DNA of 64,000 nucleotides from Eledone cirrhosa (GCA_964016885.1 OZ024740.1:65534001-65598000); one strand, 5' to 3'. Counted from the stretch's first letter, positions 12,318 to 28,886 are shown. The notes: generated from the sequence alone by a model not told the origin. Made by a program: numbers and translations.

Positions 12318-13750
12318 CAAAGGAATTGTGGTAAGGAACCAGATGAACCATAACGCACCAGAGCACTCAATACTTAGGGTAGTAGAGTGGGAAATAGGAA
12401 ACTAGTATGACCCCGACGGCAGAGCTGAAGCTGTTTAGACGGCTATTTCTGGACTAAATTATAATTTTTCGCCTGGTGAATAAATAGCCGAACTTGTCAA
12501 GGGGGTACTTCCTTATATGGGAGGATTGTAGTTGTCAAGAGGATTGGTTAACATTTGTTGTAAACACAAATAAGTCTATCGTGACATTTAGTGGGAGGTA
12601 GGGGTGACTGAACTTGCCTGTAGAACAATAGGGGTCGGTCAAGCGTTGAAAGTGATATGTAAACAGCAGATTCTGAGGATATCAATTTCAACGCTTGACC
12701 GGTAGAACAAAGAGGGAATGGGGGATACCCAGTCAAGCGTTGAAAGTGAAATCTATACAGCAGATTCTAAGGATAGTGTATAGAAGGTCGAGAAAAGTGT
12801 ACTGGAGAAGGGGGGGGGGTGAAAGAATAGGTTAATCGAAAGGGAGTAAACAACGAAACCATTATAAAAATAAGGAAATAAATATATAAAAAACAATTTA
12901 TGGTTACTACTCACCTTCCACAATCTAAATTTCTTAGTGGTATTTTTGTATTAGTATCCTTGTATTAGTATTTATTTATTAGTATTCTTAATTAATATTT
13001 CCTATTAGTATTTTTGTAGTAGTAATTTAGCATTTTTGTTTTTAACCTGTCATTGTAAGATATCATTGGCTGATTACTAACTAACTATAGCAGTGGTGTT
13101 AGACGCCCCCCGTAAAGCCGGCTTTATAAAATTATTTCACTACAATCTCGTATTTAGTATTTTTCTCCACCTATTAAACTTTTCCATAGCTTAGCAATAC
13201 CAATGAGAGATTTGCTGATTGTGGAAGTGGGGTAGTAACCAGAAATTGTTTTTTATATATTTATTTCCTTATTTTTATAATGGTTTCGTTGTTTACTCCC
13301 TTTCGATTTAGCTATTCTTTCAACTTCCCCCCTCCCCTTCTCCAGTACAATTTTCTCGACCTTCTATACACTATCCATAGAATCTGCTGTATAGATTCCA
13401 CTTTCAACGCTTGACTGGGTTTCCCCCACACCCTCTTTTTTCTACCGGCAAGTTCAGCTACCCCTACCTCCCATAAAATGCCATGATAGAATCATCTGTC
13501 TTTACAACAAATCTTTGACCAATCCTTTTGACAATTACTATCTTCCCATATAAAGAATTACCCCCTGAGAAGTTCGGCTATTTATTTGCCGGGCTAAACA
13601 TTCTTATTTAGTCCAGAATTAGCCGTCGAAACGGCTTGAGCTCTGCCGTCGGGGTCATACTTGTTCCTATTACCCACTCTACTACCCTGAGTATTGCGTA
13701 CTTTGGTGCGTTATGGTGTATCTGGTTCCTTACCACATTTCTTTCGTTAT
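12316..13750. mobile_element. Diverged fold-back element (family E) between (TA)n arrays
   Basis: Arms ~12316-12950 and ~13195-13750 are inverted with a ~245-nt spacer; same terminus as 60783-60988. Confidence 0.8.
13560..13655 (+). ncRNA. Decayed type I HHR with a full helix III (family E); mirror copy at 12410-12506 (-)
   Basis: ACCCC-CTGAGAA-G..CGGCTA...TAGCCGTC-GAA-ACGGC ttgagctct GCCGT-C-GGGGT; G8 mutated. Confidence 0.65.
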
Positions 13751-13868
13751 ATATATATATATGTATATATGTATATATACATGAAAAAGTTATTTATCTC
13801 TAATACTTAGACATCTTATACACTCCCCAGAATTGAGATTTTGGCATAAGTGTAATATGTAAATGTAA

Positions 13869-14873
13869 ATATATATATAAATTGAAGCTCCTGTCTGTTT
13901 GTTTGTTTTTTGTTTGTTTGTTCAAGAACCCCTCCTATGGCTATGGAGATAGACCCCTCATAACCATATATATTCTGAAACTACATTTCCCAGGGTACTT
14001 GCATAAGTATATTTCATTTTAATCAAAGGGTTCCGGTTTCTGACAATTTTTCCCTTCAATTTATATGAAATTTAAACCATATGTTAATGATAAGACATGA
14101 TGCTTATTGACAAAACTCTAGCAAATTTCAATAATATTATGATACCCTAATGAAAATCTTGGTCAATAAATAGAACAAGAGGTGTTATAAGAAGATTGCA
14201 TGAAAACTTGATTGAAGCAACCATTATATTCGGGGCTTACATAGGTCAAGCTCTTCTCATTCCGAGGATTCCACTTACACCAAATGATAGCGAGTTGCCT
14301 TTTAGATTTGAGAGGCTGCAGTTCCCAGTGAGGCCATGCTTTTCCATGAGCATCAATAAGAGTCAAGGTCAAACTTTCAAAACTAATGGTATAGACCTGG
14401 CAAACCCATGTTTCAGTCATTGCATGTTTTAAGTGACTATTTCAAGGACTGGAACTTCAAAAAATCTCTACATTAGTCAATCAAGAAATGTTGTTTTCTC
14501 TGAAGTTCTTCATTAGGACAAAATATGAAATATATTTTCATGTATCTATTATGTCAAAAAATATATAATTAAACTTTGAATTTCTAATTTGAAAATAATG
14601 CTTTACACAAAAATGAAATGATCAAGTTTTGAATTGATATTCTGAAATAAATTTGCAAGAAACAAAATAAGAATAAGATTTAATAATGTAATTTCGATTT
14701 TATATATTACAAAAAATAATGTTTCCCATGTTTGCATGCATTACATTTTATATTGAGTAATATTAAAATGCTGAGTTATCTCCATAAATTATATCACTGA
14801 TTTCAAATCAGTCATCATTTTCTTACCAAAAAAAAATGCTTGAAACGCAGCAAGGCGCGGGTAATTCGGTTAG
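13869..14873 (+). mobile_element. Internally deleted Helitron
   Basis: 5' atatatatataaa...ctgtctgtttgtttg typical of non-autonomous Helitrons; helicase remnant inside; 3' hairpin cgcagcaaggcgcg followed by TTAG|T. Confidence 0.7.
14196..14516 (+). pseudogene. Helitron PIF1-like helicase C-terminal fragment
   Basis: LIPRIPLTPNDSELPFRFERLQFPVRPCFSMSINKSQGQT..GIDL..PCFSHCMF*VTISR (motifs V/VI, internal stop). Confidence 0.9.
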
Positions 14874-14928
14874 TATATATATATATATATATATATATAG
14901 ATATATAGATATATACATATATATATAA

Positions 14929-14981
<53 letters not shown>

Positions 14982-15069
14982 ATCGATCGACTGTTGTCAA
15001 ATCGGGACGAGGAAACAATGTTTCCTTTGGTTTTTCCAATAGATAATACTATCCATCCTTTGCCACTCC

Positions 15070-15150
15070 AAGTAGAAGGAGCAACATGAAATAAAGTGTC
15101 TTGCTCAAGCACATAACGCATTGCACGGTCCAGGAATCGAAATTCACAAC
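15070..15150 (-). mobile_element. tRNA-derived SINE fragment
   Basis: Minus strand reads ttcgattcctgg..tgcgttatgtgcttgagcaagacacttt: a B-box-like motif plus the conserved SINE body motif. Confidence 0.55.
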
Positions 15151-15461
15151 AGAGCAGAGAAGATATATCAGACAAGTTTGAAGGGAGGCAAAATAAAAAT
15201 AAAAAAAAGTTTTCTATTATCATACTTGAACGATACCACGATTTTTGTATATATATATATATATATATATATAAATTAATAAAAATAATGAATAAAAACA
15301 AAGAAACAGTTCCTTATATTAAAAAATTAATCATTTTACGATCGTTTCTAGGATATATATGTTTGTGTTGGTATGTATATCATATAGATCTATGTAAAAT
15401 GTTTACAAACTATCAGAGGGAATATACATACCTACACATATATATGCTGTCTTCAGAACTA

Positions 15462-18030
<2,569 letters not shown>

Positions 18031-18052
18031 CATATATATGTATATATATATG

Positions 18053-18163
<111 letters not shown>

Positions 18164-18590
18164 CTTCATTGCTGTAGTGGAGTCTGTGCTGCTGTATGGG
18201 TCTGAGACTTGGACACTGACCAAGAAACTCACTCAGATGGTGGATGGGTGCTACACGAGAATGCTGAGGATGGCTCTGAACATTAATCAGTATACACTGA
18301 GGATGAAAAACTCAGAGCTCTATGGGAGCATCCCAAAAGTCAGCTCAAAAGTGACACAGAGGAGACTGAGGTTGGCTGGACCTGCTCACCGACATCCAGA
18401 GTTGACATTGCACTCAGTGCTCGTTTGGAAGCCCCTACATGGACACACTAGAAGAGGAAGACCAAGGTTAACGTATGTTGATGCCCTAAGGACATACACT
18501 GGTCTGTTGGAGATGCAGGACATGGCAGCGATAATGAGGGACAGAGACCGCTGGAACTCGTCCATGGATCTCGGGAATTTTACCCGCCTT

Positions 18591-18657
<67 letters not shown>

Positions 18658-19078
18658 GTATAGGATTATCCAAGATGCAGTGATGGTTAATTACTACACT
18701 GGATATGGTTGACGTAGGGTAAGAGGTTACTCTACGAGTTATGGAAGAATTGTTCAAGAAACTTAGTTCCTGATCCTTCAGTATTCCGGAGTGTATATAA
18801 AGAATGAATAATAACAGGTAGACATCATAAAAAGGTAGTTTATTCCGTGTGCTTACAAGTGTTTCCACGGTGGTACTGCAGCCTAGTTCCGCTACGTGCA
18901 AATTCACAAGTATTTGCAGAACTCGAATATCCAATGCTGTGACCACTGTTTCCTCAGAGCAGAATGGTAAATATACAATGTAAAAACCCTTAAGTGGGGT
19001 TGTTGGGGAAGATAGAGTGGAACAGGAAGAGAGAACAAAGTAGGGAAGATGGAGAGAGAAGGAAAGATATGCAGGGGT
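18164..19078 (+). repeat. Direct duplicate of 15786-~16695 (RTE fragment + (TA)n + family D arm)
   Basis: Offset 2378 bp with a few substitutions; truncated at ~19078. Confidence 0.9.
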
Positions 19079-21337
19079 TAAAATAATAAATCAATAAAAA
19101 CAAACAGTATTGGCAAATGGCCATGGTGTTAAGATAAATTTAAATTTCAAAATTAAACCTGTTCCGTAGATAAGTTTAACCTTTAAAATCCAAATGTGTT
19201 TCGAGATGAATAAGTGTAAGGATATCGTGTCCAGCTCACATCAGTAAACACCCTGAACAAATTGATATGCTTCACTTCTAAATATTTTAAAAGACTGTTA
19301 AACGCACATGGTTTTACAGTTTCTAGCCAGCCTCATACTCGTACTGCTAGAAATAACAGCCGTATATATGGGGCTACTATCAGCTCAACGTAAGGAGCAA
19401 TTATATTAAGTGTATTGAGTTCAAAACTCAAGCATTCTTTACAATGAAATAGCTCAAAGAAAAAAATATTTCTGAGCCGTGTAATACAAGTAAATATAAA
19501 TTAATATATATGATGAAACACAAATAACAACATATCTGTGTTTATATTGTAAAAGAAATTAAGTTAGCTAGAATGATAATATTACAGTTTGCCTATCTCG
19601 ATTTAAAATAATAAATCAATAAAAACAAACAGTATTGGCAAATGGCCATGGTTGTTTAGACAAATTTAAATTTCAAAATCAAACCTGTTCCGTAGATAAG
19701 TTTAAACTTTAAAATCCAAATATGTTTCGAGATGAGTAAGTGTAAGGATATCATGTCCAGCTCACATCCGTAAACACCCTGAACAAATTGATATGCTTCA
19801 CTTCTAAATATTTTAAAAGACTGTTTAATGCACATGGTTTTACAGTTTCTAGCCAGCCTCATACTCGTACTGCTAGAAATAACAGCCGTATATATGGGGC
19901 TACTATTAGCTCAACGTAAGGACCAATTATATTAAGTGTATTGAGTTCAAAACTCAAGCATTCCTTTACAATGAAATAGCTCAAAGAAAAAAAAATATTT
20001 CTGAGCCGTGTAATACAAGTAAATATTAATTAATATAAATGATGAAACACAAATACCAACATATCTGTGTTTATGTTGTAAAAGAAATTTAGTTAGCTAG
20101 AATGAAATATATTAATTTACAATATAAACACAGATATGTTGGTATTTGTGTTTCATCATATATATTAATTTATATTTACTTGTATTACACGGCTCAGAAA
20201 TATGTTTTTCTTTGAGCTATTTCATTGTAAAGGAATGCTTGAGTTTTGAACTCAATACACTTAATATAATTGCTCCTTACGTTGAGCTGATAGTAGCCCC
20301 ACATATACGGCTGTTATTTCTAGCAGTACGAGTATGAGGCTGGCTAGAAACTGTAAAACCATATGCGTTAAACAGTCTTTTAAAATATTTAGAATTGAAG
20401 CATATCAATTTGTTCAGGGCGTTTACTGATGTGAGCTGGACATGATATCCTTACACTTTTCATCTCGAAACATATTTGGATTTTAAAGTTTAAACTTATC
20501 TACGGAACATGTTTGATTTTGAAATTTAAATGTGTCTAAACACCATGGCCATTTGCCAATACTGTTTGTTTTTATTGATTTATTATTTTAAATCGAGATA
20601 GGCAAACTGTAATATTATAATTAGTATATTTCATTCTAGCTAACTTAATTTCTTTTACATTATAAACACAGATATGTTGGTATTTGTGTTTCATCATATA
20701 TATTAATTTATATTTACTTGTATTACACGGCTCAGAAATATGTTTTTCTTTGAGCTATTTCATTGTAAAGGAATGCTTGAGTTTTGAACTCAATACACTT
20801 AATATAATTGCTCCTTACGTTGAGCTGATAGTAGCCCCATATATACGGCTGTTATTTCTAGCAGTACGAGTATGAGGCTGGCTAGAATCTGTAAAACCAA
20901 GTGCGTTAAACAGTCTTTTAAAATATTTAGAATTGAAGCATATCAATTTGTTCAGGGTGTTTACTGATGTGAGCTGGACATGATGTCTTTACACTTATTC
21001 ATCTCAAAACATATTTGGATTTTAAAGTTTAAACTTATCTACGGAACAGGTTTGATTTTGAAATTTAAATGTGTCTAAACACCATGGCCATTTGCCAATA
21101 CTGTTTGTTTTTATTGATTTATTATTTTAAATCGAGATAGGCAAACTGTAATATTATAATTAGTATATTTCATTCTAGCTAACTTAATTTCTTTTACAAT
21201 ATAAACACAGATATGTTGGTATTTGTGTTTCATCGTATATATTAATTTATATTTACTTGTATTACACGGCCCAGAAATATTTTTTTATTTGAGCTATTTC
21301 ATTGTAAAGGAATGCTTGAGTTTTGAACTCAATACAC

Positions 21338-21341
<4 letters not shown>
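19079..21341. mobile_element. Inverted tandem array of a ~538-bp HHR-bearing unit (family F)
   Basis: ~2 units on the minus strand, inversion at ~20112, ~2.3 units on the plus strand (duplicated ORFs at 20146/20684, period 538); ends in (TA)n. Confidence 0.85.
20418..20544 (+). ncRNA. Variant HHR with a very long helix III (family F); other copies at 20956-21083 (+), 19125-19252 (-), ~19649-19778 (-)
   Basis: GG(C/T)GTTTA-CTGATGT-GAG...CTC-GAA-ACATATTTGGATTTTAAA...TTTGAAATTTAAATGTGT-C-TAAACACC. Confidence 0.65.
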
Positions 21342-21387
<46 letters not shown>

Positions 21388-21391
<4 letters not shown>

Positions 21392-21908
21392 GTAGGACGT
21401 GAGTTTTATTGCAGTACAATAAAGCAATGCAGATATCGGATATGAAGCACTCTACAGTTTGTAGGCCTGGAGTATACATAATATATAAAATCAAAAGATG
21501 GTTAACATAGTTCCATGTATTTTATTATGCGCATTTCAAAAACAAATATCATCATGCAATAATATTTGTGTTTTCATCAGATAAAATAGGAAGACATGAT
21601 ATGAAGCTTAAAAGACACTTGTGAATAGTGCAGTTTTAAATCAAAATTTTACATAGATCTATATGATATACATACCAACACAAACATATATATCCTAGAA
21701 ACGATCGTAAAATGATGAATTTTTTAATATAAGGAACTGTTTCTTTGTTTTTATTCATTATTTTTATTAATTTATATATATGATTTAAAACTGCACTATT
21801 CACAAGTGTTTTTTAAACTTCATATCATGTCTTCCAATTTTATCTGATGAAAACACAAATATTATTGCATGATGATATTTGTTTTTGAAATGCGCATAAT
21901 AAAATACA
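21388..21908. mobile_element. Short family A fold-back with a family B spacer; HHRs at 21518-21588 (-) and 21837-21905 (+)
   Basis: Same sequence as 2256-2506; both HHR cores intact. Confidence 0.85.
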
Positions 21909-22895
21909 TAATAAAATCGCTTGATATTGAATGTTCAGTTAATTTAAAGCAGGGTGAAAATGTCGATTACTTTCAGGGTTCTTTTTTTTTTACAATGTTT
22001 GCGCCACATTTGCAGAAGAAGAATTAAAAGACCTTTATCTTAACCGCGGCATAATGGCGAATCTATTGTGACAGTTTTCAAGAATATAGGACGTTCCTGT
22101 AAAAAGTTTTTCCATGTGTAACTTTGCCTTGTTTTTTGCCGAAAGTCGAGCCCCGCTTCAGTTTTCTTGATTTTTTACATCAATGCTTGATCTCTGAAGT
22201 AGATTTGAGTAGCTAAAAACCTGTCCCGGTAAATTTGCTATAGGTGAAAAAAAGTTGATCAAAATTGTATCTAGGGTTATTGCCCTTTGCCACAGCGTCA
22301 AGCCTCGTCTGACGGGATGCTGGTGATTCCTCCGTAAGCGCTTGTTGGCGACGAAGGCGAACATCAGCAAGCCTTGTCGTACGTGATCTTGGTGACTCAA
22401 CCAGCCGGGAAAGGCGTCTATCAGCGAGTCGAAATTCGCGCTCAGCAGGTGTTTCCTAGAGAAAATTAATTAATTCTACTGGTTAGCTAAGCCAATGGCA
22501 GTGTCAATAGTAAATGAGAAAAGTCTAACATGAACAAAAGGGAATCAAGGTAAGACAATACATTTAATATAACTACGATTAGAATGTTGTAGTTGCTCAA
22601 AAGTGGTGACAGTTAGGATAAACGCAATACTTGCTAACATTAAGGGAGAATATTGCATAAAGGATTAATCAATTGTGAATGAACTCATACCTGAGAACGC
22701 CCAATTCGTTGTCTCAAAGGAGTAGCTGTACCTTTTTTGGAGGTAAGTCTTGAACGTTTCCGTGTGGGCATAACGACGTGTAACGAAGCTGTTAGGTTAG
22801 AGAGAGGTGATTAAATACAGAGAGAGATGACACCAGATTCGTTAGCATGGTTACTGGTGAATGGGAAAGTTTGGAAATATGATTACAATAACTTA

Positions 22896-23150
22896 CCGAA
22901 TTTTCCGGTCTATAAATTGTACTTAAAATAATTAAATTTAATCAAAAAACAGCTCTGCGCTTTATACTCCGGTGAGCCTTATGTATAAATAATACAATGG
23001 TAATCAATCACGGCTCTAACAGAAGTAATAGATCTAGACTAAAAGTAAAGAAGATAGCATTTTCCTGGTTGGCCTTACACGCCGTTGCGCGGACCTGATT
23101 TTAAATGATACGCCTTATATCCTGGTGAGCCTTATAGAGCGGAAAATATC
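22896..23150. mobile_element. Decayed non-autonomous Tc1/mariner (Tc2/pogo-like) MITE
   Basis: TA|ccgaattttccggtctataa ... ttatagagcggaaaatatc|TA imperfect terminal inverted repeats; internal repeat tata.c..ggtgagccttat. Confidence 0.45.
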
Positions 23151-24207
23151 TATTGGAAAAGAATACGAATTCATGACCAAGCTGTGACAAAATAGGCGTC
23201 TATACAGCGCCTGTAACAAACTTGTCCAAAACCCTAGGATTTTTCTCGTTAAGTATCCACCCGAAAGGAACCGTTTTCTAGTTACAAAAAGTAACCAAAG
23301 TGTATAGTAGCTATATTTCTGACATATCATGCCAAAAAGAACAATATATTCAAAAAATGTTCTAAATTACATTCAATCTCTCTTTTTGACCGATATGTTA
23401 ATAAGCAAGTTATCGATTTTTTATTGGCTGCCAGTGTCTATCTGCATGCAGGTGTGCACGTGTGCGCAATTAATTGAAAATACGCTCATAACATTTAGTT
23501 GTAAGCAGAACAAAAAATGCCATTAGAGGTGGGCTAATAATGAAGACACAAAACCTGGTGAACTTACGTTCAAACACCCGAAAAGTTACTCACTTCCTGT
23601 GCAAAAAACTGTATTATAAATTAAGTAATTTTTTAGAATCTTTTGTTTAAAAAAGGAAAACATTGTTACGACGTAATATTTTTTACAACTTTGTATGTGT
23701 ACAATACAACTTGGTCAACATATTATTTAGTAATTTAAAAAAAAAAAGCATGATTATTTAAGACTGTTTGAAAATTTACTCACAGCTTTTAGCATCACAA
23801 AAGACACCATTAAATGTGGTTCCTTTTCAGATAGGGATAATACTGTATTTCCACTTGAATAAGGTAGAATATGAAAAGATAAACTCTTTAATGGTCGGTC
23901 GTTTACTGAGACAGCTGGGAAGACATGCAGCTGGCCGTCCAATCAATAACGCACGTCCTTATATGGGCATATGAAATTTATTTTTATTGCGCCAGATGTA
24001 AACTAAGAGTTCTTGTGTTCGAATTCACATAACATTTCATTGGAATCGAAAAACATTCTGTCATAGGGCCCGATTATCGATTTTTCGAAAATTTCAAGTA
24101 GCCTATTCCACTCTACGCTTTGGGTTTTATATATGTGCGAGGTTTCATAAAAATTGGATGAACGGTGTAGTATGCAAGTTCGGTACACCAAACAATGTCC
24201 ATCTTCC

Positions 24208-24245
<38 letters not shown>

Positions 24246-24309
24246 ATCATAAATTTGAAGATTAAAATCCAAAGAGGGCTCGATAAGGATAAATATATGT
24301 ATATATCAA

Positions 24310-24409
<100 letters not shown>

Positions 24410-24413
24410 ATAT

Positions 24414-27164
24414 GTATGGCATCTTTTGGACTACGTCCTAGTCAGGATGCGTGACAGACAGGATGTGCAGTGTGTTCGTGTTCTTCGTGGAGCTGAGTGC
24501 TGGACGGACCACCGCCTGGTACGCGCAAAAGTGAATCTAATCACCAAACGTAAAATCCGGGCTCCTGGTGTTACCCTGCCCAAAAGATTGAATGCTGCTC
24601 GTCTTAAGGATAAAAATGTGAAGAGAACATTGGAAGAAGAGATGCAGGTTGCAGATCTTGGTGAGGATTGGCCGACCCTTACAAATTCGGTTTATCATGT
24701 AGGCAGGCGTGTTCTGGGATTGGTGCAGAGAAAACATCAGGACTGGTTTAATGAGAGTGATGTACATATAGAAGACATGTTGGCTGATAAGAGGCGTGCT
24801 CTGTCACGCTACTTGACGGCAAAACCACAGGAGAGGAATACGTTGCATGAGGAGCTCAGGGATGTAAAATCACGTGTTAGGTGGAGTCTTTCTCAGATGA
24901 AGGATCAGTGGTGGAGTGAGAAGGCTGGTGAGATACAAACTGCGTTTGATTGCAATAACACAAAGCTGTTGTACAGTCTCTTGCCTGAGGTTTATGGACC
25001 GTCTTCTTCTCTGGTGACACCGATTCGCAGCAAGGATGGAAAAGAACTTCTTCGTGACTCACAGGGAATTCTACGAAGGTGGCGAGAGCACTTTGATGAT
25101 CTTTTGAATCAGCCGTCTGTCGTCAGTGAAGATTTCCTCAATCTCATTCCAGAAAGTCCTGTGAAAGTAGCTCTCGAAGAACCTCCGACGCTTGTGGAGG
25201 TTGCAGTGGCTATTTCGAAGCTGAACAGTGGAAGATCTCCAGGTATGGATGGCATACATGCTGAGCTCCTACAATATGGTGGTGAGAGACTCCTGCAACA
25301 TCTTCACTCTTTGTTTGGAAGGATATGGGCTAATGAATCCGTGCCTGAGGACTGGAGAGATGCAGTAATGGTGGTCTTGTACAAGGGAAAGGGTAACAGG
25401 AATGATTGTGGGAACTACAGAGGTATATCATTGCTTTCTGTCGTAGGGAAGGTTTTATGTAGGGTGCTTCTGGACCGTCTGCTGACACACATTGCAGATT
25501 GTGTTCATCCTGAAAGTCAATCTGGTTTTCGTGCTGGACGCGGCACTACTGATATGATCTTCTCAGCTAGACAGCTCCAGGAGAAGTGCATTGAACAAGG
25601 CTTGGATCTGTATCAGGTTTTTGTCGATCTGACAAAGGCTTTCCATACTGTCAACAGAGATGCATTATGGAAGGTTCTCCAGAAACTTGGTTGCCCTGAT
25701 AAGTTCCTTGCTTTAGTTAGGTCTTTCCATGACGACATGAAGGCTTGGGTTAATGTCGGAGGTAACATGTCGGAGCCTATCTCAGTAAAAAATGGAGTGA
25801 AACAGGGGGATATTCCAGCACCGACCCTGTTTGCCATATACCTTGCAATGGTTTTCTGTATTGCATTCAGGAATTGCGAGCATGGTGTTTACATCCAATA
25901 TCGAACCTCAGGCAGCATATTTAACATCAGGCGCTTTGCTGCGAAGACAAAAGTATTTACATCAATCATAAGAGACTTCTTGTATACAGATGATTGTGAT
26001 CTTGTAGCGCACACAGAGAGTGATATGCAGCACATTTTGAATGCATTTTCTGACGCTTGCACTGCCCTGGGTTTGACTGTCAGTCTCAAGAAAACCGTCG
26101 TCATGTACCAACTTGCCCCTAGTAAGCAGTACACTGAACCAAACATCTATGTGTATGGCAAACGACTTGGAGTGGTTGATCAGTTTGTCTACCTGGGAAG
26201 CACTGTCAATCAATACGGCAACCTTGACAGTGAAATCTCACTTAGGATTAGGAAAGCAAGTGATGCTTTCGGAAAGCTAGAAAGGCGACTCTGGGGTCGG
26301 CGAGACATATGCAGGAGGACAAAGGTAAAGGTGTACAGGGCATGTGTACTTTCTTGTCTTCTTTATGCCAGCGAGACCTGGGTCACATATCGACGCCACC
26401 TTAAGCAATTGGAGCGTTTTCATCAGATGTGTCTCAGACGGATCCATGGTGTTCACTGGAGGGACCACATCAGTGATGTCGAGATTTTGGAAAGCTCTAT
26501 GTGTGACAGTATAGAAGCTCTTGTGCTTAAGCAACGACTCCGTTGGAGTTGTCAACTTGCCAGGATGAAGGATTCTAGAATACCAAAACTACTCTTCTAT
26601 GGAGAGTTGGTTAAAGGAAAACGACCGCCACATAAACCAAAAAAGAGGTATAAGGATTCCTTGAAAGCCTCTCTGAAAGACGCTAACATCTCTGCTGATA
26701 CATGGGAAAATATTGCTGCTTATCGTAATAAATGGAGAAAGACTGTATATGAGGGAAAAGTTGCCTTTGAGGCATCTCGAATCGCAGACGAGAAAGTAAA
26801 GCGGGACTTGAGGAAGGGCATTGCTGTTGCACTTCCAGACGGCGAGGGTCCTCCTATGTTGCTGACGTGCAGCGTCTGTGCGAGACTCTGCCTAAACAAA
26901 GCTGGACTCGAAAATCATCTTCGCAGTCATAAAGTAAGACCAGTGGTTGACTACCAGGCCGCTTTTGGAGATGCTACTCATCATGCTTGCCAAACATGTG
27001 GCAGAGAATGTAAATCAGCAGGAGGGCCCAAGAACCATGCAAAAGTACACGAACTCCAACCACAGCCGACTATTCCCAGTAAATGTTTTGGTTGCCGACT
27101 CTGTGCAAGACATTTGAGATCATTGGCTGGGCTAAAAAGCCACATTCGATCGCAGCACTGTTAG
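24414..27164 (+). CDS. RTE ORF remnant: end of APE endonuclease + reverse transcriptase + 3 C2H2 zinc fingers (no native start codon)
   Basis: [15 protein letters not shown]; SPGMDGI; NYRGISLLS; QSGFRAGR; [11 protein letters not shown]; GVKQG; YTDD; F.YLGS; LLYASETW; three CxxC-x12-H-x3/4-H motifs; ~916 codons without a stop. Confidence 0.9.
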   Translation, partial: VWHLLDYVLVRMRDRQDVQCVRVLRGAECWTDHRLVRAKVNLITKRKIRAPGVTLPKRLNAARLKDKNVKRTLEEEMQVADLGEDWPTLTNSVYHVGRRVLGLVQRKHQDWFNESDVHIEDMLADKRRALSRYLTAKPQERNTLHEELRDVKSRVRWSLSQMKDQWWSEKAGEIQTAFDCNNTKLLYSLLPEVYGPSSSLVTPIRSKDGKELLRDSQGILRRWREHFDDLLNQPSVVSEDFLNLIPESPVKVALEEPPTLVEVAVAISKLNSGRSPGMDGIHAELLQYGGERLLQHLHSLFGRIWANESVPEDWRDAVMVVLYKGKGNRNDCGNYRGISLLSVVGKVLCRVLLDRLLTHIADCVHPESQSGFRAGRGTTDMIFSARQLQEKCIEQGLDLYQVFVDLTKAFHTVNRDALWKVLQKLGCPDKFLALVRSFHDDMKAWVNVGGNMSEPISVKNGVKQGDIPAPTLFAIYLAMVFCIAFRNCEHGVYIQYRTSGSIFNIRRFAAKTKVFTSIIRDFLYTDDCDLVAHTESDMQHILNAFSDACTALGLTVSLKKTVVMYQLAPSKQYTEPNIYVYGKRLGVVDQFVYLGSTVNQYGNLDSEISLRIRKASDAFGKLERRLWGRRDICRRTKVKVYRACVLSCLLYASETWVTYRRHLKQLERFHQMCLRRIHGVHWRDHISDVEILESSMCDSIEALVLKQRLRWSCQLARMKDSRIPKLLFYGELVKGKRPPHKPKKRYKDSLKASLKDANISADTWENIAAYRNKWRKTVYEGKVAFEASRIADEKVKRDLRKGIAVALPDGEGPPMLLTCSVCARLCLNKAGLENHLRSHKVRPVVDYQAAFGDATHHACQTCGRECKSAGGPKNHAKVHELQPQPTIPSKCFGCRLCARHLRSLAGLKSHIRSQHC

Positions 27165-27420
27165 TTGCTATCGTGTGTGTGTGTGTGTGTGTAGATATGC
27201 TTATGTGCGTGCGTGTGTGTGTATATATATATATATGAATATGTATATTATTATTGTTGTTGTCGTTATTATTATTATTGCTATTATCATTATTATTATT
27301 ATTATTATTATTGTTATTAATGTATGTGTGTGTATATGTGTGAGTGTATGTGTATGTATGTGTGTATGTATATATGTATGTATGTATATATATATATATA
27401 TATTTCTTTTTTTTTATTTT

Positions 27421-27453
<33 letters not shown>

Positions 27454-27535
27454 TTATTATATTTTATTTTATTTATTTTTTTTTTTTCCTCTTCTCGTGC
27501 AATGGCCATACTCGATAACGAGGGGGCAGCCATCA
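24414..27535 (+). mobile_element. RTE-clade LINE, 5'-truncated, inserted in a TA/TATG array
   Basis: ORF listed below; microsatellite-rich 3' UTR ending atggccatactcgataacgagggggcagccatca(tgta)n. Confidence 0.9.
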
Positions 27536-27607
27536 TGTATGTATGTATGTATGTTTGTATATATCTATATGTATTATATATGTATGTATATACCTAGATA
27601 TCTATAT

Positions 27608-27644
<37 letters not shown>

Positions 27645-27769
27645 GAGATATCCACAGTAAGTTGTGGGGTCTTTTCTGCATGAAGAACTCGATGTGATCC
27701 ATATGTTGAAAATGTTGTAGGTTAAGATAAATCAAGGAAAACAATAAAACATTAAAAGGAAAACAGAGT

Positions 27770-28717
27770 CATGATATGAGTTAAAAGAATGAAATAAAAA
27801 ATCAAGACATTAGAGATATACTTCACTGATTTACGATCGTTTCTAGATGATGATATTACATTGTAGCTATACTCAGTAATTGATATATGTAAGGATATTT
27901 ACAAACTATCAGATAAAGAGAATATTTACTTACATACATATCACCAGTTGTTTTCAAAAGCAATAATAATTGTAATCAGAATTAGTAGTATCATGTCCTT
28001 ATTTGGAGGTAGTTGAAGCACTAACGATTCAAATTGGTTTTACATATGGTGTTAAGATGAAAAGTAATACACTTTAGTTCAGGTCATGACCCTTTGAAAG
28101 GAATGGTTGAAGGATGTTAATAGTAGATTTGGCATAAAAATCTTTTAGGAGGAAAGGGATTGTCAAACTGATAATTGAATGTATGTAGTATAGTGAATTT
28201 ACAATGAATGTAAAAATAAATGGTGATTAGTGTTGTATTGAGTTTTAAGATGAATATAAATTAAGGTTATGGTTAGGAAAGATAGTACATTAAAAGATGA
28301 AAATTATAATAAGATAATGAAATACAGTAATGCGATAATGTACAACTTAACCAACACAATATAGTACTATGTGGTAAATTGCATTTAGTATAGTATAGCA
28401 TATGATACGCTCTAAAATACTATCAAGTATGTTTATGCATAAATAATCAAACTCAGATAAATACATGTTGGCATAGTTAAAACACATAAATTTCATAGAA
28501 TACAAAGTGCATATACCAACACTATATATATAGAGAGGTAGATTTAAATTGATATCCAACCAAAAATATACATACGCACAAATAGATGCAAATCTAAATA
28601 CACATTTACATTTACGCATGCATATAATCATATCCATACATATCCATACATATCTATATACACACATACAGATCTATACCCACATATATACATATATATA
28701 TATATACACACACACTG

Positions 28718-28802
<85 letters not shown>

Positions 28803-28809
28803 TATATAT

Positions 28810-28886
<77 letters not shown>

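Noticed and set aside
23200-24215. Possible minus-strand non-autonomous Helitron/DNA transposon remnant
   Set aside because: Only a 5'-end-like motif near 24140-24215; no matching 3' end could be placed
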